From an uncultured Candidatus Saccharibacteria bacterium (GTDB taxonomy: Bacteria; Patescibacteriota; Minisyncoccia; Phycocordibacterales; 2-02-FULL-43-11), in the NCBI GenBank assembly GCA_964348785.1, contig CAYGDO010000003.1, forward strand, positions 57,631 through 121,630: a DNA stretch of 64,000 nucleotides, given 5' to 3'. The notes under the pieces are model-generated. The model made no database searches, was not told where the DNA came from, and saw only the letters and a list, made by a program, of their open reading frames with translations. Below are positions 18,870-27,572 of this stretch, one piece after another. Within the stretch, counting starts at the first letter, position 1. Each line of letters opens with the position of its first letter. A program made the translations under genes and the position numbers.

Positions 18870-18941
18870 TGCCCTCGGAGGGAATCGAACCCCCATCAAG
18901 ACCTTAGAAGAGTCCTGCTTTATCCATTAAGCTACGAGGGC
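18870..18941 (-). tRNA. tRNA-Arg (TCT), CCA not encoded
   Basis: Acceptor GCCCTCG/CGAGGGC; D-stem GCTT/AAGC; anticodon loop CTTCTAA; T-arm GGGGG-TTCGATT-CCCTC. Confidence 0.7.
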
Positions 18942-19001
18942 ATATTTCATATGCCCAATATAAATTACAACAAAAAGACAAAAAACAAAAGGGATTACTT
19001 T

Positions 19002-19328
19002 TTAAGAAGGATCGTTTATAGAAGATATAGATTCTATATTTTTTTTGAAAAGTTCTTCTTCCTTCTTGTAATTCTCAAAAACCTCAGACAATGCTCCACG
19101 ATTTAAAGTGAGAGAATCAGAAATTGGGCCTGCGTCCTCTAAATTTAAATCGGTAGTTTTTCTCCAACTACTAAAAGAAAACACTGCGACCAAAATCAAA
19201 ACTAAACCCGTCATTAAAATAAGCTTCCAAAATAAAAATACCGACGATGATTCACGATTAAAACACCCCCTTACAGGTATCAACTTTCTTATGAAAAATT
19301 TCCAGCCTTTTATTTGTGAATTATTCAT
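19002..19328 (-). CDS. Small membrane-anchored protein downstream of pilO, possibly a pilus accessory protein
   Basis: 108 aa with a single TM helix, packed 10 nt after pilO. Confidence 0.3.
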   Translation of the reverse strand: MNNSQIKGWKFFIRKLIPVRGCFNRESSSVFLFWKLILMTGLVLILVAVFSFSSWRKTTDLNLEDAGPISDSLTLNRGALSEVFENYKKEEELFKKNIESISSINDPS

Positions 19329-19337
19329 ATTAAAGAA

Positions 19338-19874
19338 TTATTTATTTTTATTTGACTTTAAAATGACAGCATCGACGTCAGCTTGCCAAAAACCTTTTTT
19401 AAATTTTTCATCGCTTTCTTCCTCAGTCAATGAAACATTTCTCAAAAAAAACGTAGCGGGCATATGATCTAAAGCATATAAAGACTTAAAAACTTGGCCC
19501 CAGGAGCCTTTTACTTCTAATCTAATTCTGTTACCCCCAACAAAACCCACCTTTTCCTCGTCCGCAACAGAAATTACAGAAACCGTAGCGCCGGTTTGTT
19601 TTCCTATAGACTCTAAAAGATCCAAAAAATCTATTATGGAATCCTTATCAACAAATAACGATGATACGTAGTCTCTTTTGTCTTTAGTTTCATTCAACAT
19701 CAAACTCACATCTTTTAAGTTCGTAATTTTGCCGATCTCCGCCTTAAGAGCAAGACTTGAATCATCTAGTTTTTTATCAAACCAAACAGTGCCAAAAACC
19801 ACACCTGAAAACAACAAAACCGAAAGTAGGAAAAAGAAAATGCTAAATTTAAATATCCTTTTTGTTTTATTGCC
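19338..19874 (-). CDS. pilO: Type IV pilus assembly protein PilO-like
   Basis: N-terminal TM anchor, coiled-coil and a periplasmic domain. Third gene of the pilM-pilN-pilO order. The start is probably MGNKTKR at 19874, giving an 8-nt overlap with pilN. Confidence 0.45.
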   Translation of the reverse strand, partial: GNKTKRIFKFSIFFFLLSVLLFSGVVFGTVWFDKKLDDSSLALKAEIGKITNLKDVSLMLNETKDKRDYVSSLFVDKDSIIDFLDLLESIGKQTGATVSVISVADEEKVGFVGGNRIRLEVKGSWGQVFKSLYALDHMPATFFLRNVSLTEEESDEKFKKGFWQADVDAVILKSNKNK

Positions 19875-20418
19875 CATAAGTTGAAGATAATTTAAGTGTA
19901 ATAGAAAAATCATTCTCAGTAGATTTGGCAAAATTAGAAACAGGAACATCAACTCCAGAAAAAGTCATGTTTGATTTTAAAATGGCTGAAAATTGTCTCA
20001 AGTCTTCTCTGGAATCAGCAGTCCCACTAATATACAAAGTGTTTTCTTTCTCGCCTTTAGAAAAAGATATATTGGTAATTGAAATACCTCTCGGTTTACC
20101 GTTAAGCAACTCAGGTAAAATTTTAGACAAATAAGACCTCCCTTCCAGATTTTTCTTAGCTGAGTCAATCTGTTTTTTAGTCAAAGAAACAGAACTCTCA
20201 AGATTTTTATAATCAATTGAAGCTGGTTTATTTTTTAAATCATCCAATTGCTTACTGACACCTCGGTGTTCAATGAAAACCAAAAACATTCTAGGGGCTA
20301 AAGCTATGACGCAAGCACCGAAACTTAAAGAAAAAATGATAAGGGCAATATTAATAACACGAAACTTCCGTTCCTTTTTTAATCCAATCCTATCTTTTTC
20401 TGTTAAAAGATTAACCAT
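19867..20418 (-). CDS. pilN: Type IV pilus assembly protein PilN-like
   Basis: Cytoplasmic N-terminus, a single TM helix (RVINIALIIFSLSFGACVIAL) and a periplasmic domain. Located between pilM and pilO. Confidence 0.5.
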   Translation of the reverse strand: MVNLLTEKDRIGLKKERKFRVINIALIIFSLSFGACVIALAPRMFLVFIEHRGVSKQLDDLKNKPASIDYKNLESSVSLTKKQIDSAKKNLEGRSYLSKILPELLNGKPRGISITNISFSKGEKENTLYISGTADSREDLRQFSAILKSNMTFSGVDVPVSNFAKSTENDFSITLKLSSTYGQ

Positions 20419-20421
20419 AAA

Positions 20422-21501
20422 TTAATTTATTGTAAGGCCAACAGCCCCAGCATAATCCAAAGAATCTTTATAATTTATAGGCGGTATATAGTCCTCAAGA
20501 GAAAAAACGTTTCGCCAGACATTGGCCACCTCTGTTTTTATGCCCGAAACACCAGAGATATATTCATCGACAGCGGGTAAAATGGTATCCTTGCCACACA
20601 AAATTATTTTCTCTATAGGGCTAGATGTGCCCATCAAAGATGCACTGTGAGTTTTCCAATAAGTAATAAGTTTTACTATCTCCTCTTTTAAAGGATCGAG
20701 TTCATTCATAATTTCCATAAACAAAGACATATTTTGTTTACCGCTGCCCAATATATCATCTTTGATTTTATCAACTTTCGTAGAATCAACTTTAAACTTT
20801 TGAGCAATAATCATATTGGAAGTCGATGACCCGACAGAAACAGTTGATGAAAAAAACACATTACCTTTGTTAACAATGGAGAAACCAGTTTTTAACTCAC
20901 CAAAATTCATTATTAAAAATGTTCTTTTGTCACCAAAAGGAGTAACGGCTTTGGCGACCGCCTGACTAGAAATCTCAAAACGAAGCGGTTGAAAACCTGC
21001 ATTAATGGCAACTTCAGAATACGTGTCAGACAATTTAAAAGGCACTAGCGATACCACAACATCAATATGATCACTTCCCTCCTCAGAACCAATTATTGAA
21101 TAATCAAAAACTGCTTCTTTTAAAGGCACGGGAACATTTTCTTCTATTCTAAAACTAATTGCTTCCCTAATTTCTTCATCTCTTACTTTAGGAACCTGCA
21201 TTTTAAACAAATAAGCCCTCTCTTCTGGAAGAGATAAACTTATAAAATCAAAAGTGGTCTTTGCTTTGATTTTAGCAAGAACATCTGACACCGCTTTTTT
21301 ATCATTGATAATACCCCCAGAAATGGCACCGGGTGGAATAACTTCTGTTCCAAAGTCTTTGATTCTTAAACCTTTAACTTGATCTTCAAAAACAACAAAA
21401 CGAGCTGATGAATCAGAAATATCAACCCCAACAGACTTCATTTGAAGATATTTTGGAGGTGGAAAAAAACCATCTAAATATTGGCAAATATTTTTAGACA
21501 T
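20422..21501 (-). CDS. pilM: Type IV pilus assembly ATPase-fold protein PilM (actin/FtsA-like)
   Basis: VGVDISDSSARFVVFE… and LCGKDTILPAVDEY…GAVGLTI, the actin-like fold found in PilM/FtsA. Confidence 0.65.
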   Translation of the reverse strand: MSKNICQYLDGFFPPPKYLQMKSVGVDISDSSARFVVFEDQVKGLRIKDFGTEVIPPGAISGGIINDKKAVSDVLAKIKAKTTFDFISLSLPEERAYLFKMQVPKVRDEEIREAISFRIEENVPVPLKEAVFDYSIIGSEEGSDHIDVVVSLVPFKLSDTYSEVAINAGFQPLRFEISSQAVAKAVTPFGDKRTFLIMNFGELKTGFSIVNKGNVFFSSTVSVGSSTSNMIIAQKFKVDSTKVDKIKDDILGSGKQNMSLFMEIMNELDPLKEEIVKLITYWKTHSASLMGTSSPIEKIILCGKDTILPAVDEYISGVSGIKTEVANVWRNVFSLEDYIPPINYKDSLDYAGAVGLTIN

Positions 21502-21539
21502 TAATACGCCTTATCGGCAACATAATTATACTACAACGC

Positions 21540-22139
21540 TTAAAATATCTGCATTATCAAAAATATAATAACCGCCATCGCCACCAACCCAGTTATCCAA
21601 TTAAAATATTTAATAGCAATTTCTCCAAATTTTTTACCGAATATCTTACTTGCATACGAAACCATAAAAAATCTCCCTCCTCTTCCCAAAACTGACGCTA
21701 AAATAAAACTAAACAAGTTTATTTCAAATAATCCTCCAGCAATAGTGAAAACCTTGTATGGAATTGGAGTAAAGGCCGCAGTAAAAATGGCCAAAAAAGC
21801 ATTTTTTTGGAATAAATCTCCTACAATTTCAATTTGATTTTCTAGGTGGTAAAGAGCGACAAGTGGTTTACCAAGAAATTCAAAAAACACAAAGCCAATA
21901 AAATAACCAAAAAGCCCGCCCGCAACGGAAGACACTGTCACAATAATCGCTATCCTCAACCATCGTTCGGGCTTTCTCATTACTAATGGAAAAATAAAAA
22001 AATCTGGGGGTATAGGAAAAAACGATGACTCCGCAAAGGATAAAGCCCCCATCAAAAAATTGGATCTCTTTTCTGAATCTTCTTCTTTGTATAAAAGATT
22101 AAGAATTTTTTCTTTTATTTTTTTTATGTATTGAAACAT
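21540..22139 (-). CDS. DedA/YqaA-family membrane protein
   Basis: SFFPIPPDFFIFPLV motif followed by 4 TM helices. Confidence 0.6.
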   Translation of the reverse strand: MFQYIKKIKEKILNLLYKEEDSEKRSNFLMGALSFAESSFFPIPPDFFIFPLVMRKPERWLRIAIIVTVSSVAGGLFGYFIGFVFFEFLGKPLVALYHLENQIEIVGDLFQKNAFLAIFTAAFTPIPYKVFTIAGGLFEINLFSFILASVLGRGGRFFMVSYASKIFGKKFGEIAIKYFNWITGLVAMAVIIFLIMQIF

Positions 22140-22142
22140 TTA

Positions 22143-22871
22143 TTATCTAGCTTTCTGACCTGGCATTACATTTTTATCAGGCTTAAATAAAATTATGTTA
22201 TCTTTTTCACCCGTTGCCAAAATCATAGCCTGGCTTTCAAACCCCTTTATCATTCTTGGCTCTAAGTTGGTAACAAACAAAGCAAAAACCCCAATCAAAA
22301 CAGATGGATCTGTAAAAGTTTCAGCGATACCAGAAACAACCTGTCTTGTTTTTTCTTCACCAAAATCAACATTCAACTTAAGTAATTTATCTGCATTGGC
22401 CACTTTTTCAGCTAAAATAATTTTACCAACCTTAATTTCAACTTTAGTAAAATCATCATAGCTAATTTTAGGTAAATTATTGTTTAAACTATTATTCCTT
22501 TTGTCCAAAAAACTTTGAAGAATGATGGTGGCCGCCGAAGCATCTAACATTTTATTTTCTCCTTGAATTCGTGATGCTTGAATAGAAGTCATAAATTCAG
22601 GCTCAAGGTGAATGCTTCTTCCGGTTATTTTCTTCAATTCCTCAATAAACTTTTTAATATCCGCCATAATTACATTGTCCTCTCCATTTAATTTCTTTGA
22701 CTCGCCAACTACTATTTCCCCTATTCCTTTCTCATCACAAATCTTGCTTAAATTATCAAAAATATTCTTGTCATTATCCAAAACTGAATCAGGAAAGGCC
22801 ATTTTACCTTTATCGTCAGACACCGAAATGCCTATTCTTTTTAATCCATAATCAATACCTAAAAATTTCAT
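22143..22871 (-). CDS. ruvX: Fusion protein: RuvX/YqgF pre-16S rRNA nuclease (Holliday-junction-resolvase-like) at the N-terminus and a Trbp111/CsaA-type tRNA-binding (OB-fold) domain at the C-terminus
   Basis: N-terminal MKFLGIDYGLKRIGISVSD…IVVGES (YqgF). C-terminal KVEIKVGKIILAEKVANADKLLKLNVDFGEEKTRQVVSGIA…, the Myf/EMAP tRNA-binding domain. Confidence 0.65.
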   Translation of the reverse strand: MKFLGIDYGLKRIGISVSDDKGKMAFPDSVLDNDKNIFDNLSKICDEKGIGEIVVGESKKLNGEDNVIMADIKKFIEELKKITGRSIHLEPEFMTSIQASRIQGENKMLDASAATIILQSFLDKRNNSLNNNLPKISYDDFTKVEIKVGKIILAEKVANADKLLKLNVDFGEEKTRQVVSGIAETFTDPSVLIGVFALFVTNLEPRMIKGFESQAMILATGEKDNIILFKPDKNVMPGQKAR

Positions 22872-22890
22872 AAGACAATTATACATAAAT

Positions 22891-22988
22891 CCCGTTAGAA
22901 TCCCACAAACTTTACCTCATATTAACCAATTCTCTTTGAGTCTTCGTTTCTGCAACACTGCCAAAAAAATTGTTAAAATTCTAACGGG
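22891..22988. repeat. Inverted pair of the dispersed motif CCCGTTAGAA / TTCTAACGGG (22891-22900 and 22979-22988)
   Basis: Seen in sequence. Further copies lie at 37681-37692, 40618-40629 and 40787-40799. Confidence 0.6.
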
Positions 22989-23154
22989 ATAAAAGCTAAA
23001 TATTTGCCCCGTAAGCTTTTTTTGATATTATGGCACCTGAAGTTCTTTATACTACCTGATCAAATTAATCATGTATTAGTTTGAATTGACCGTCCCGTTT
23101 TTAAGCGGGATTAAGGACTCAATCACTCCGCCATGTGCGGACTGATCGTCCCAA

Positions 23155-23241
23155 GGAGAGGTGGCAGAGTGGTCTAATGCACTGGTCTTGAAAACCAGAA
23201 CGTCCGCAAGGGCGTCGCGAGTTCGAATCTCGCCCTCTCCG
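23155..23241 (+). tRNA. tRNA-Ser (TGA), type II, CCA not encoded
   Basis: Acceptor GGAGAGG/CCTCTCC; 3-bp D-stem with an 11-nt loop; anticodon arm CTGGT-CTTGAAA-ACCAG; long variable arm; T-arm GCGAG-TTCGAAT-CTCGC. Confidence 0.8.
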
Positions 23242-23285
23242 TATATAAAAAATCCCGCTTAAAAGACGGTGATTTTTTATATACG
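23242..23285 (+). terminator. Long A/T-rich hairpin TATATAAAAAATC…GATTTTTTATATA immediately after tRNA-Ser
   Basis: 13-bp inverted repeat with a 16-nt GC-containing loop. Confidence 0.4.
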
Positions 23286-23384
23286 GAGAGAGAAAAATTG
23301 AAAATTTTTCGGGTGAGATTCAAACGGATTGGCAGTCTACTGGTCGAGCACGACATGTCGACAATCCGACGCCTAGGATTTTTT

Positions 23385-23430
23385 CGAGCGACGGCGAAAA
23401 AAAATTGTAGGAGAAATTCTCGCCCTCCAT
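23385..23430 (+). repeat. Direct repeat R1 (core GAGCGACGGCGAA…TTGT…AGA…TTCTC), paired with R2 at 24519-24565
   Basis: 13-nt perfect core plus ~27 nt of imperfect match. Together R1 and R2 flank the SWIB gene, the membrane gene and tRNA-Arg(GCG). Confidence 0.5.
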
Positions 23431-23503
23431 AAAAATCAAAGTTTGCCTTTAAAAGTATATGTAATATAGTTATAGGGCTATTTAATAAGTAATAAAGAAA
23501 AAT

Positions 23504-23758
23504 ATGCCAAAAGCAAATTCCGCATTTATGAAGCCATTAAACATCAGCGCTGATTTAGCTGTTGTTGTTGGTGCAGGTCCTATGCCAAGATCAGAGGTCG
23601 TCAAAAAACTTTGGGAATATATAAAAGGAAAAAATCTCCAAGATCCAAAGAACAAGAGAAATATCAACGCCGACGAAGCATTAAAGAAAGTCTTTGGCGG
23701 GAAAGCTGTAGTTAATATGTTTGAAATGACCAAGTTGGTTTCAAAACATCTATCATAA
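23504..23758 (+). CDS. SWIB/MDM2-domain protein
   Basis: VVGAGPMPRSEVVKKLWEYIKGKNLQDPKNKRNINADEALKKVFG…MFEMTKLVSKHL matches the SWIB fold signature. Confidence 0.6.
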   Translation: MPKANSAFMKPLNISADLAVVVGAGPMPRSEVVKKLWEYIKGKNLQDPKNKRNINADEALKKVFGGKAVVNMFEMTKLVSKHLS

Positions 23759-23824
23759 AAACTACCAAATACACAAAACAAAAACCGCTTTTTAGCGGTT
23801 TTTGTTTTGTGTTAAAATTATCCT

Positions 23825-24286
23825 ATGATTAAAACTTTAATTTCTTGGCAAACTCCAGAATACATAATGGAGAAAAAAACTCCGGATTGGTATTGGGCTG
23901 TTGGAATAATATCAGTCGCCATAATGATTGCCTCAATTTTATTTAACAATATTTTGTTTGCCGTTTTTATTTTAATAGGTACGCTGACTATTTTTATGTA
24001 TGCCAAAAGAGATCCCGACATGATCGACATAGAAATAACAGAGGAAGGTGTAAGGGCAGGAAGAAATGTTTATCCCTATTCCCTACTAAATTCTTTTTTT
24101 GTTGATGAACAAAGAGATCCCCCACACCTGTTGTTAAAATCCTCCGGCATAACAAATCAACTTATATTGATACCAATAATCAAAGTAGATCCTCAAAAAG
24201 TTTATGATATTTTAAAACTGCAACTCGAGGAAGAAAAGTTGTCTGAACCACTTGCTATTCAAATTTTAGAAAGATTGGGATTTTAG
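23825..24286 (+). CDS. Membrane-anchored hypothetical protein
   Basis: 153 aa with two N-terminal TM helices and a soluble C-terminal domain. Confidence 0.35.
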   Translation: MIKTLISWQTPEYIMEKKTPDWYWAVGIISVAIMIASILFNNILFAVFILIGTLTIFMYAKRDPDMIDIEITEEGVRAGRNVYPYSLLNSFFVDEQRDPPHLLLKSSGITNQLILIPIIKVDPQKVYDILKLQLEEEKLSEPLAIQILERLGF

Positions 24287-24328
24287 AAAACTTTACTTTT
24301 CAGTCTATACAAATTAGATTCTTAATAC

Positions 24329-24400
24329 CCCCTCGTCGTTCAACGGATAGGACATGAGTTTGCGGAACTTAAAATAGAGGTTCGATTCCTCTCGAGGGGA
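24329..24400 (+). tRNA. tRNA-Arg-like (anticodon GCG) with an unusual C1-G72 acceptor; could be a pseudo-tRNA
   Basis: Acceptor CCCCTCG/CGAGGGG; D-stem GTTC/GGAC; anticodon arm TGAGT-TTGCGGA-ACTTA; T-arm AGAGG-TTCGATT-CCTCT. Confidence 0.5.
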
Positions 24401-24518
24401 TTATGTAACGAAGTGAAATAATCACCTCGAAGCGAATGGACTGCTTCATTCGCGTGAGGAATCGAAAGACGGAACTATGTTTTCTGTTTCAGAAAACAAG
24501 CGAGTCGGGGTCGCGACT

Positions 24519-24565
24519 TTTGTGAGCGACGGCGAACAAAAAGTTGTGACAGATTCTTCTCTGAA
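24519..24565 (+). repeat. Direct repeat R2, partner of R1
   Basis: See R1. Confidence 0.5.
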
Positions 24566-24745
24566 GAAATGAACAAAATGAAATAATCACCTCGAGAATA
24601 TCCCTATCCAAACACAACAAATCTCTCCAAAATAAACAAACCTTTTAAAACCCTTAATCAGGTTCTTTTAAAATTGTAAAAAATAATTAGTACCAATTTT
24701 GTAATAACTTTTTATCTCAATCGTCTTGTATTTGCAAAAGAAAAA

Positions 24746-24818
24746 GGGCGATTAGCTCATGTGGAAAGAGCGTGCCGTTGACGTCGGCAAGGTACAAGTT
24801 CAAATCTTGTATCGCCCT
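24746..24818 (+). tRNA. tRNA-Val (GAC)
   Basis: Acceptor GGGCGAT/ATCGCCC; D-arm GCTC-ATGTGGAAA-GAGC; anticodon arm TGCCG-TTGACGT-CGGCA; T-arm ACAAG-TTCAAAT-CTTGT. Confidence 0.75.
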
Positions 24819-24909
24819 CAAAGACTCTCAAACTGTAATATTTCAAATTTTCCAGCGTCTTCATAAGGTAAACATCTTTATACTTTATAAAAATCGTAAA
24901 AACAAAAAT

Positions 24910-25995
24910 ATGAACAAAACTACCACAATAACTGGAGTAATTATTACAATTATAATAATTGGGGGACTTATTTTTTATGCTAACCAAAAACCAATTCCAC
25001 CAATAGAACAGACCAAAACCCCTCAGACTACTTATACGAACTCTGATCAAACAAAACAGGCTGGTTTACCTACAGCAACAACAAATTCAAGTGTCTCCTC
25101 AACAGATACCACTGCCGTCTTAAATGGCACAGTCATTCCGCAAGGGTCTTTCACAAGCTATTGGTATGAATATGGCACTTCCTCCAACTTAGAAAACAAA
25201 TCATCAAGTCAAAAACAAATGATCGGCTCCGGTTTTACATCAATTACAGCACCTGGATATATCACGGGGCTAACAAAAAATACAATATACTTCTTCCGAA
25301 TAATAGCTGAGAACTCTTTTGGCCAAGTGACCGGTTCACAACATTCATTTCAAACAACTTTTGGTAATCCCCCACCAACAGGAAATGCTCCGGTCATGAA
25401 AACCTTAACGGCAACGGGGGTATCCAAAACCACAGCCAAGTTACACGGAGAAGTAAATCCTAACGGCGCACCAACTCAATTTTGGTTTGAATATGGACAA
25501 AACCCAAACTTGGGAAACACTACAGCTTTTGAAACTATAGGAAATGGAACAATAAAATTACCAGTATCCATCTCCTTATCAAATCTTAGTCCAGGAACTA
25601 TGTATTATTTTCGTCTTAATGCTCAAAATCAGTTTGGGACAATCACCGGTGAAATCCTAAATTTCAAAACCGACAATCCCCCATCAGCAACAGCTCCATC
25701 TGTCAGTACCAAAAACGCCACAAACATTAGCACTTCTACTGCCATGCTTAAAGGGACCGTCAATTCAAATGGGGCAGAAACATTATATTGGTTTGAATAT
25801 AGCGTCAGCCCCGCATTTACTTCATTGTTATCATACTCAACCGAAAAAAAATCTAGCGGAGCAGGCTTAGAAAACACATCAGTTGAAGGAAATATAATCA
25901 ACTTAAACTCAAAAACAAATTACTATTTTCGCCTAATCGCCCAAAACAATATGGGGCTTGTAAAAGGAGAACCCGTGACATTTAAAACGAAGTAA
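24910..25995 (+). CDS. Membrane-anchored surface protein with four tandem ~95-aa Fn3-like beta-sandwich repeats
   Basis: N-terminal TM helix, then a fourfold repeat L.G.VNPNG..T.YWFEYG…L…T.YYFRL.A.N.FG…G…F.T. The start is taken as the Met at 24910; the ORF-track 5' extension covers tRNA-Val. Confidence 0.55.
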   Translation: MNKTTTITGVIITIIIIGGLIFYANQKPIPPIEQTKTPQTTYTNSDQTKQAGLPTATTNSSVSSTDTTAVLNGTVIPQGSFTSYWYEYGTSSNLENKSSSQKQMIGSGFTSITAPGYITGLTKNTIYFFRIIAENSFGQVTGSQHSFQTTFGNPPPTGNAPVMKTLTATGVSKTTAKLHGEVNPNGAPTQFWFEYGQNPNLGNTTAFETIGNGTIKLPVSISLSNLSPGTMYYFRLNAQNQFGTITGEILNFKTDNPPSATAPSVSTKNATNISTSTAMLKGTVNSNGAETLYWFEYSVSPAFTSLLSYSTEKKSSGAGLENTSVEGNIINLNSKTNYYFRLIAQNNMGLVKGEPVTFKTK

Positions 25996-26019
25996 AAAAA
26001 TTATTAATAATAAAAAAAT

Positions 26020-26253
26020 ATGACAACCATCCTAAATACACCAGCGAATAATGGAAACGAAGAAAATTCAATCACCAGCATAGTAATCGGTGTCATTTTA
26101 ACGATAACAATTATCGCGCTCTTCCTTATCTACGGCTTACCCTCAATCCAATCTAATGACAAAAGTAAACTAGATGACACTATTAATATAAACCTAGAGT
26201 TACCAGCCGAAAAAGCGACAACACCCGATATAAAAACCAACCCCGCCTATTAA
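26020..26253 (+). CDS. Small single-TM protein (hypothetical)
   Basis: 77 aa with a central TM helix. Confidence 0.3.
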   Translation: MTTILNTPANNGNEENSITSIVIGVILTITIIALFLIYGLPSIQSNDKSKLDDTININLELPAEKATTPDIKTNPAY

Positions 26254-26284
26254 ATTAAAAATTAACAAAAAATCAATCAATATC

Positions 26285-26641
26285 ATGGACTCATTTAACT
26301 CTCCGAGCACACAACCCATCTATAGAGGAACGCAAATCGTCTGGTATGTTTTAGGTCTTATAGAAATTTTGCTTGCATTTAGAATAATTTTAAAACTCTT
26401 AGGCGCAAATCCAGATGCCGGATTTACCAGTTTTATTTACGGATCAACCTATATTTTTTCAGCCCCATTTCTAAATGTTTTTCGTGTCACACAACTTGAA
26501 GGCAACATTTTTGAATGGACAACGCTTCTAGGAATGTTTGTTTATTGGGTCATAGCTTTTGGCATTATAAAGTTATTTCTTATGGGCAAAACAGTATCAA
26601 CACCAGAAGCCGCCATAAAGCTTAATGACCAAGAAAAATAA
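26285..26641 (+). CDS. yggT: YggT-family membrane protein
   Basis: …YVLGLIEILLAFRIILKLLGANP…, two TM helices, ~100 aa, typical of YggT/Ycf19. Confidence 0.55.
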   Translation: MDSFNSPSTQPIYRGTQIVWYVLGLIEILLAFRIILKLLGANPDAGFTSFIYGSTYIFSAPFLNVFRVTQLEGNIFEWTTLLGMFVYWVIAFGIIKLFLMGKTVSTPEAAIKLNDQEK

Positions 26642-27202
26642 ATGAGAAAAAACAAATTAAATTTATCCCTCTTAGCAATAATCTTAATATCTATTGTATC
26701 GATTTCACCCATTTTTGCAGAAGAAAACGATGCCAAAAAAATAGAACTCGAAACACAATCTGTGAGTGAAAATGATAAAAATTTCAGTTCAGAGTCACAC
26801 AAAAACACCACTTCAAATCTTATCAAAAATTTAAAGAAGGTGTCCGACAAAGAAGGTGAGGCAGGAAATAAAATAAAAATTATTGCGAATGAGCAAGATA
26901 AATCAAATGAGATATCTTCAAACGCCATTAATGATGTTGAGGGTAGAGGAAATTTCAAAGCTTTCTTTCTTGGCAGTGATTACCAAAATATCGGTTTGAT
27001 TAGAAGTGAAATGGCAAAAACCAACAATCAAATTACCAAACTAAAAGAACTCATGAACGAGACAACAAATTCAGATGACAAGGTGACACTTGATACGCAA
27101 ATCAAACTTTTAGAAGAAGAGCAAACAAAAATTAGAATGTTTCTTAACCTCCACGAAGACAACTTCAGCTTGTTCGGCTGGCTTGTAAAAATTTTAAATT
27201 AA
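26642..27202 (+). CDS. Secreted coiled-coil protein (hypothetical)
   Basis: Signal peptide MRKNKLNLSLLAIILISIVSISPIFA followed by a K/E/N-rich helical body. Confidence 0.35.
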   Translation: MRKNKLNLSLLAIILISIVSISPIFAEENDAKKIELETQSVSENDKNFSSESHKNTTSNLIKNLKKVSDKEGEAGNKIKIIANEQDKSNEISSNAINDVEGRGNFKAFFLGSDYQNIGLIRSEMAKTNNQITKLKELMNETTNSDDKVTLDTQIKLLEEEQTKIRMFLNLHEDNFSLFGWLVKILN

Positions 27203-27203
27203 A

Positions 27204-27234
27204 ATAAAAAAAACCGCCTTGAGCGGTTTTTTTA
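27204..27234. terminator. Bidirectional rho-independent terminator between the coiled-coil gene and rpsT
   Basis: aaaaaaaCCGCcttgaGCGGttttttt. Confidence 0.6.
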
Positions 27235-27525
27235 TTTCTTAGTAGAAACCTTAGTTGTTGAAGTTTTTGCCTTATTTATAAGAGACATAAGTCGAGATTT
27301 CTTTCTTGAGGCGTTATTCTTCTTTATAGTCTTACTTTTTACTGCCTTATCAAAAGCCTGATAAGCATCAGGAACAAGTTTAACCGCTTCATCAATTTTC
27401 CCAGTAGATACCAATTTCTTTATTTGTCTAACAGGGTCTTGAATATTCTTTTTTCTGCGCAAATTAAAGACTCCTTTTCTAACGGATACTCTTAGGGCCT
27501 TTTTTGCTGATGATGTGATTGCCAT
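27232..27525 (-). CDS. rpsT: 30S ribosomal protein S20
   Basis: MAITSSAKKALRVSVRKGVFNLRRK…, the bS20 pattern. Confidence 0.8.
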   Translation of the reverse strand: MAITSSAKKALRVSVRKGVFNLRRKKNIQDPVRQIKKLVSTGKIDEAVKLVPDAYQAFDKAVKSKTIKKNNASRKKSRLMSLINKAKTSTTKVSTKK

Positions 27526-27572
27526 AATTTGTAGAGCGAATCCTAACAGAACAATTAAAAAATGGCAAGAAC

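Noticed and set aside
18699-19106. 135-aa plus-strand ORF spanning the tRNA-Val/tRNA-Arg spacer, and the 60-aa ORF 23174..23356 (…RARFELATPL…)
   Set aside because: These are read-throughs across tRNA genes and fragments. The …ARFELAT… peptide is the classic translation of a tRNA T-arm (GGTTCGAATCC) and is not coding.
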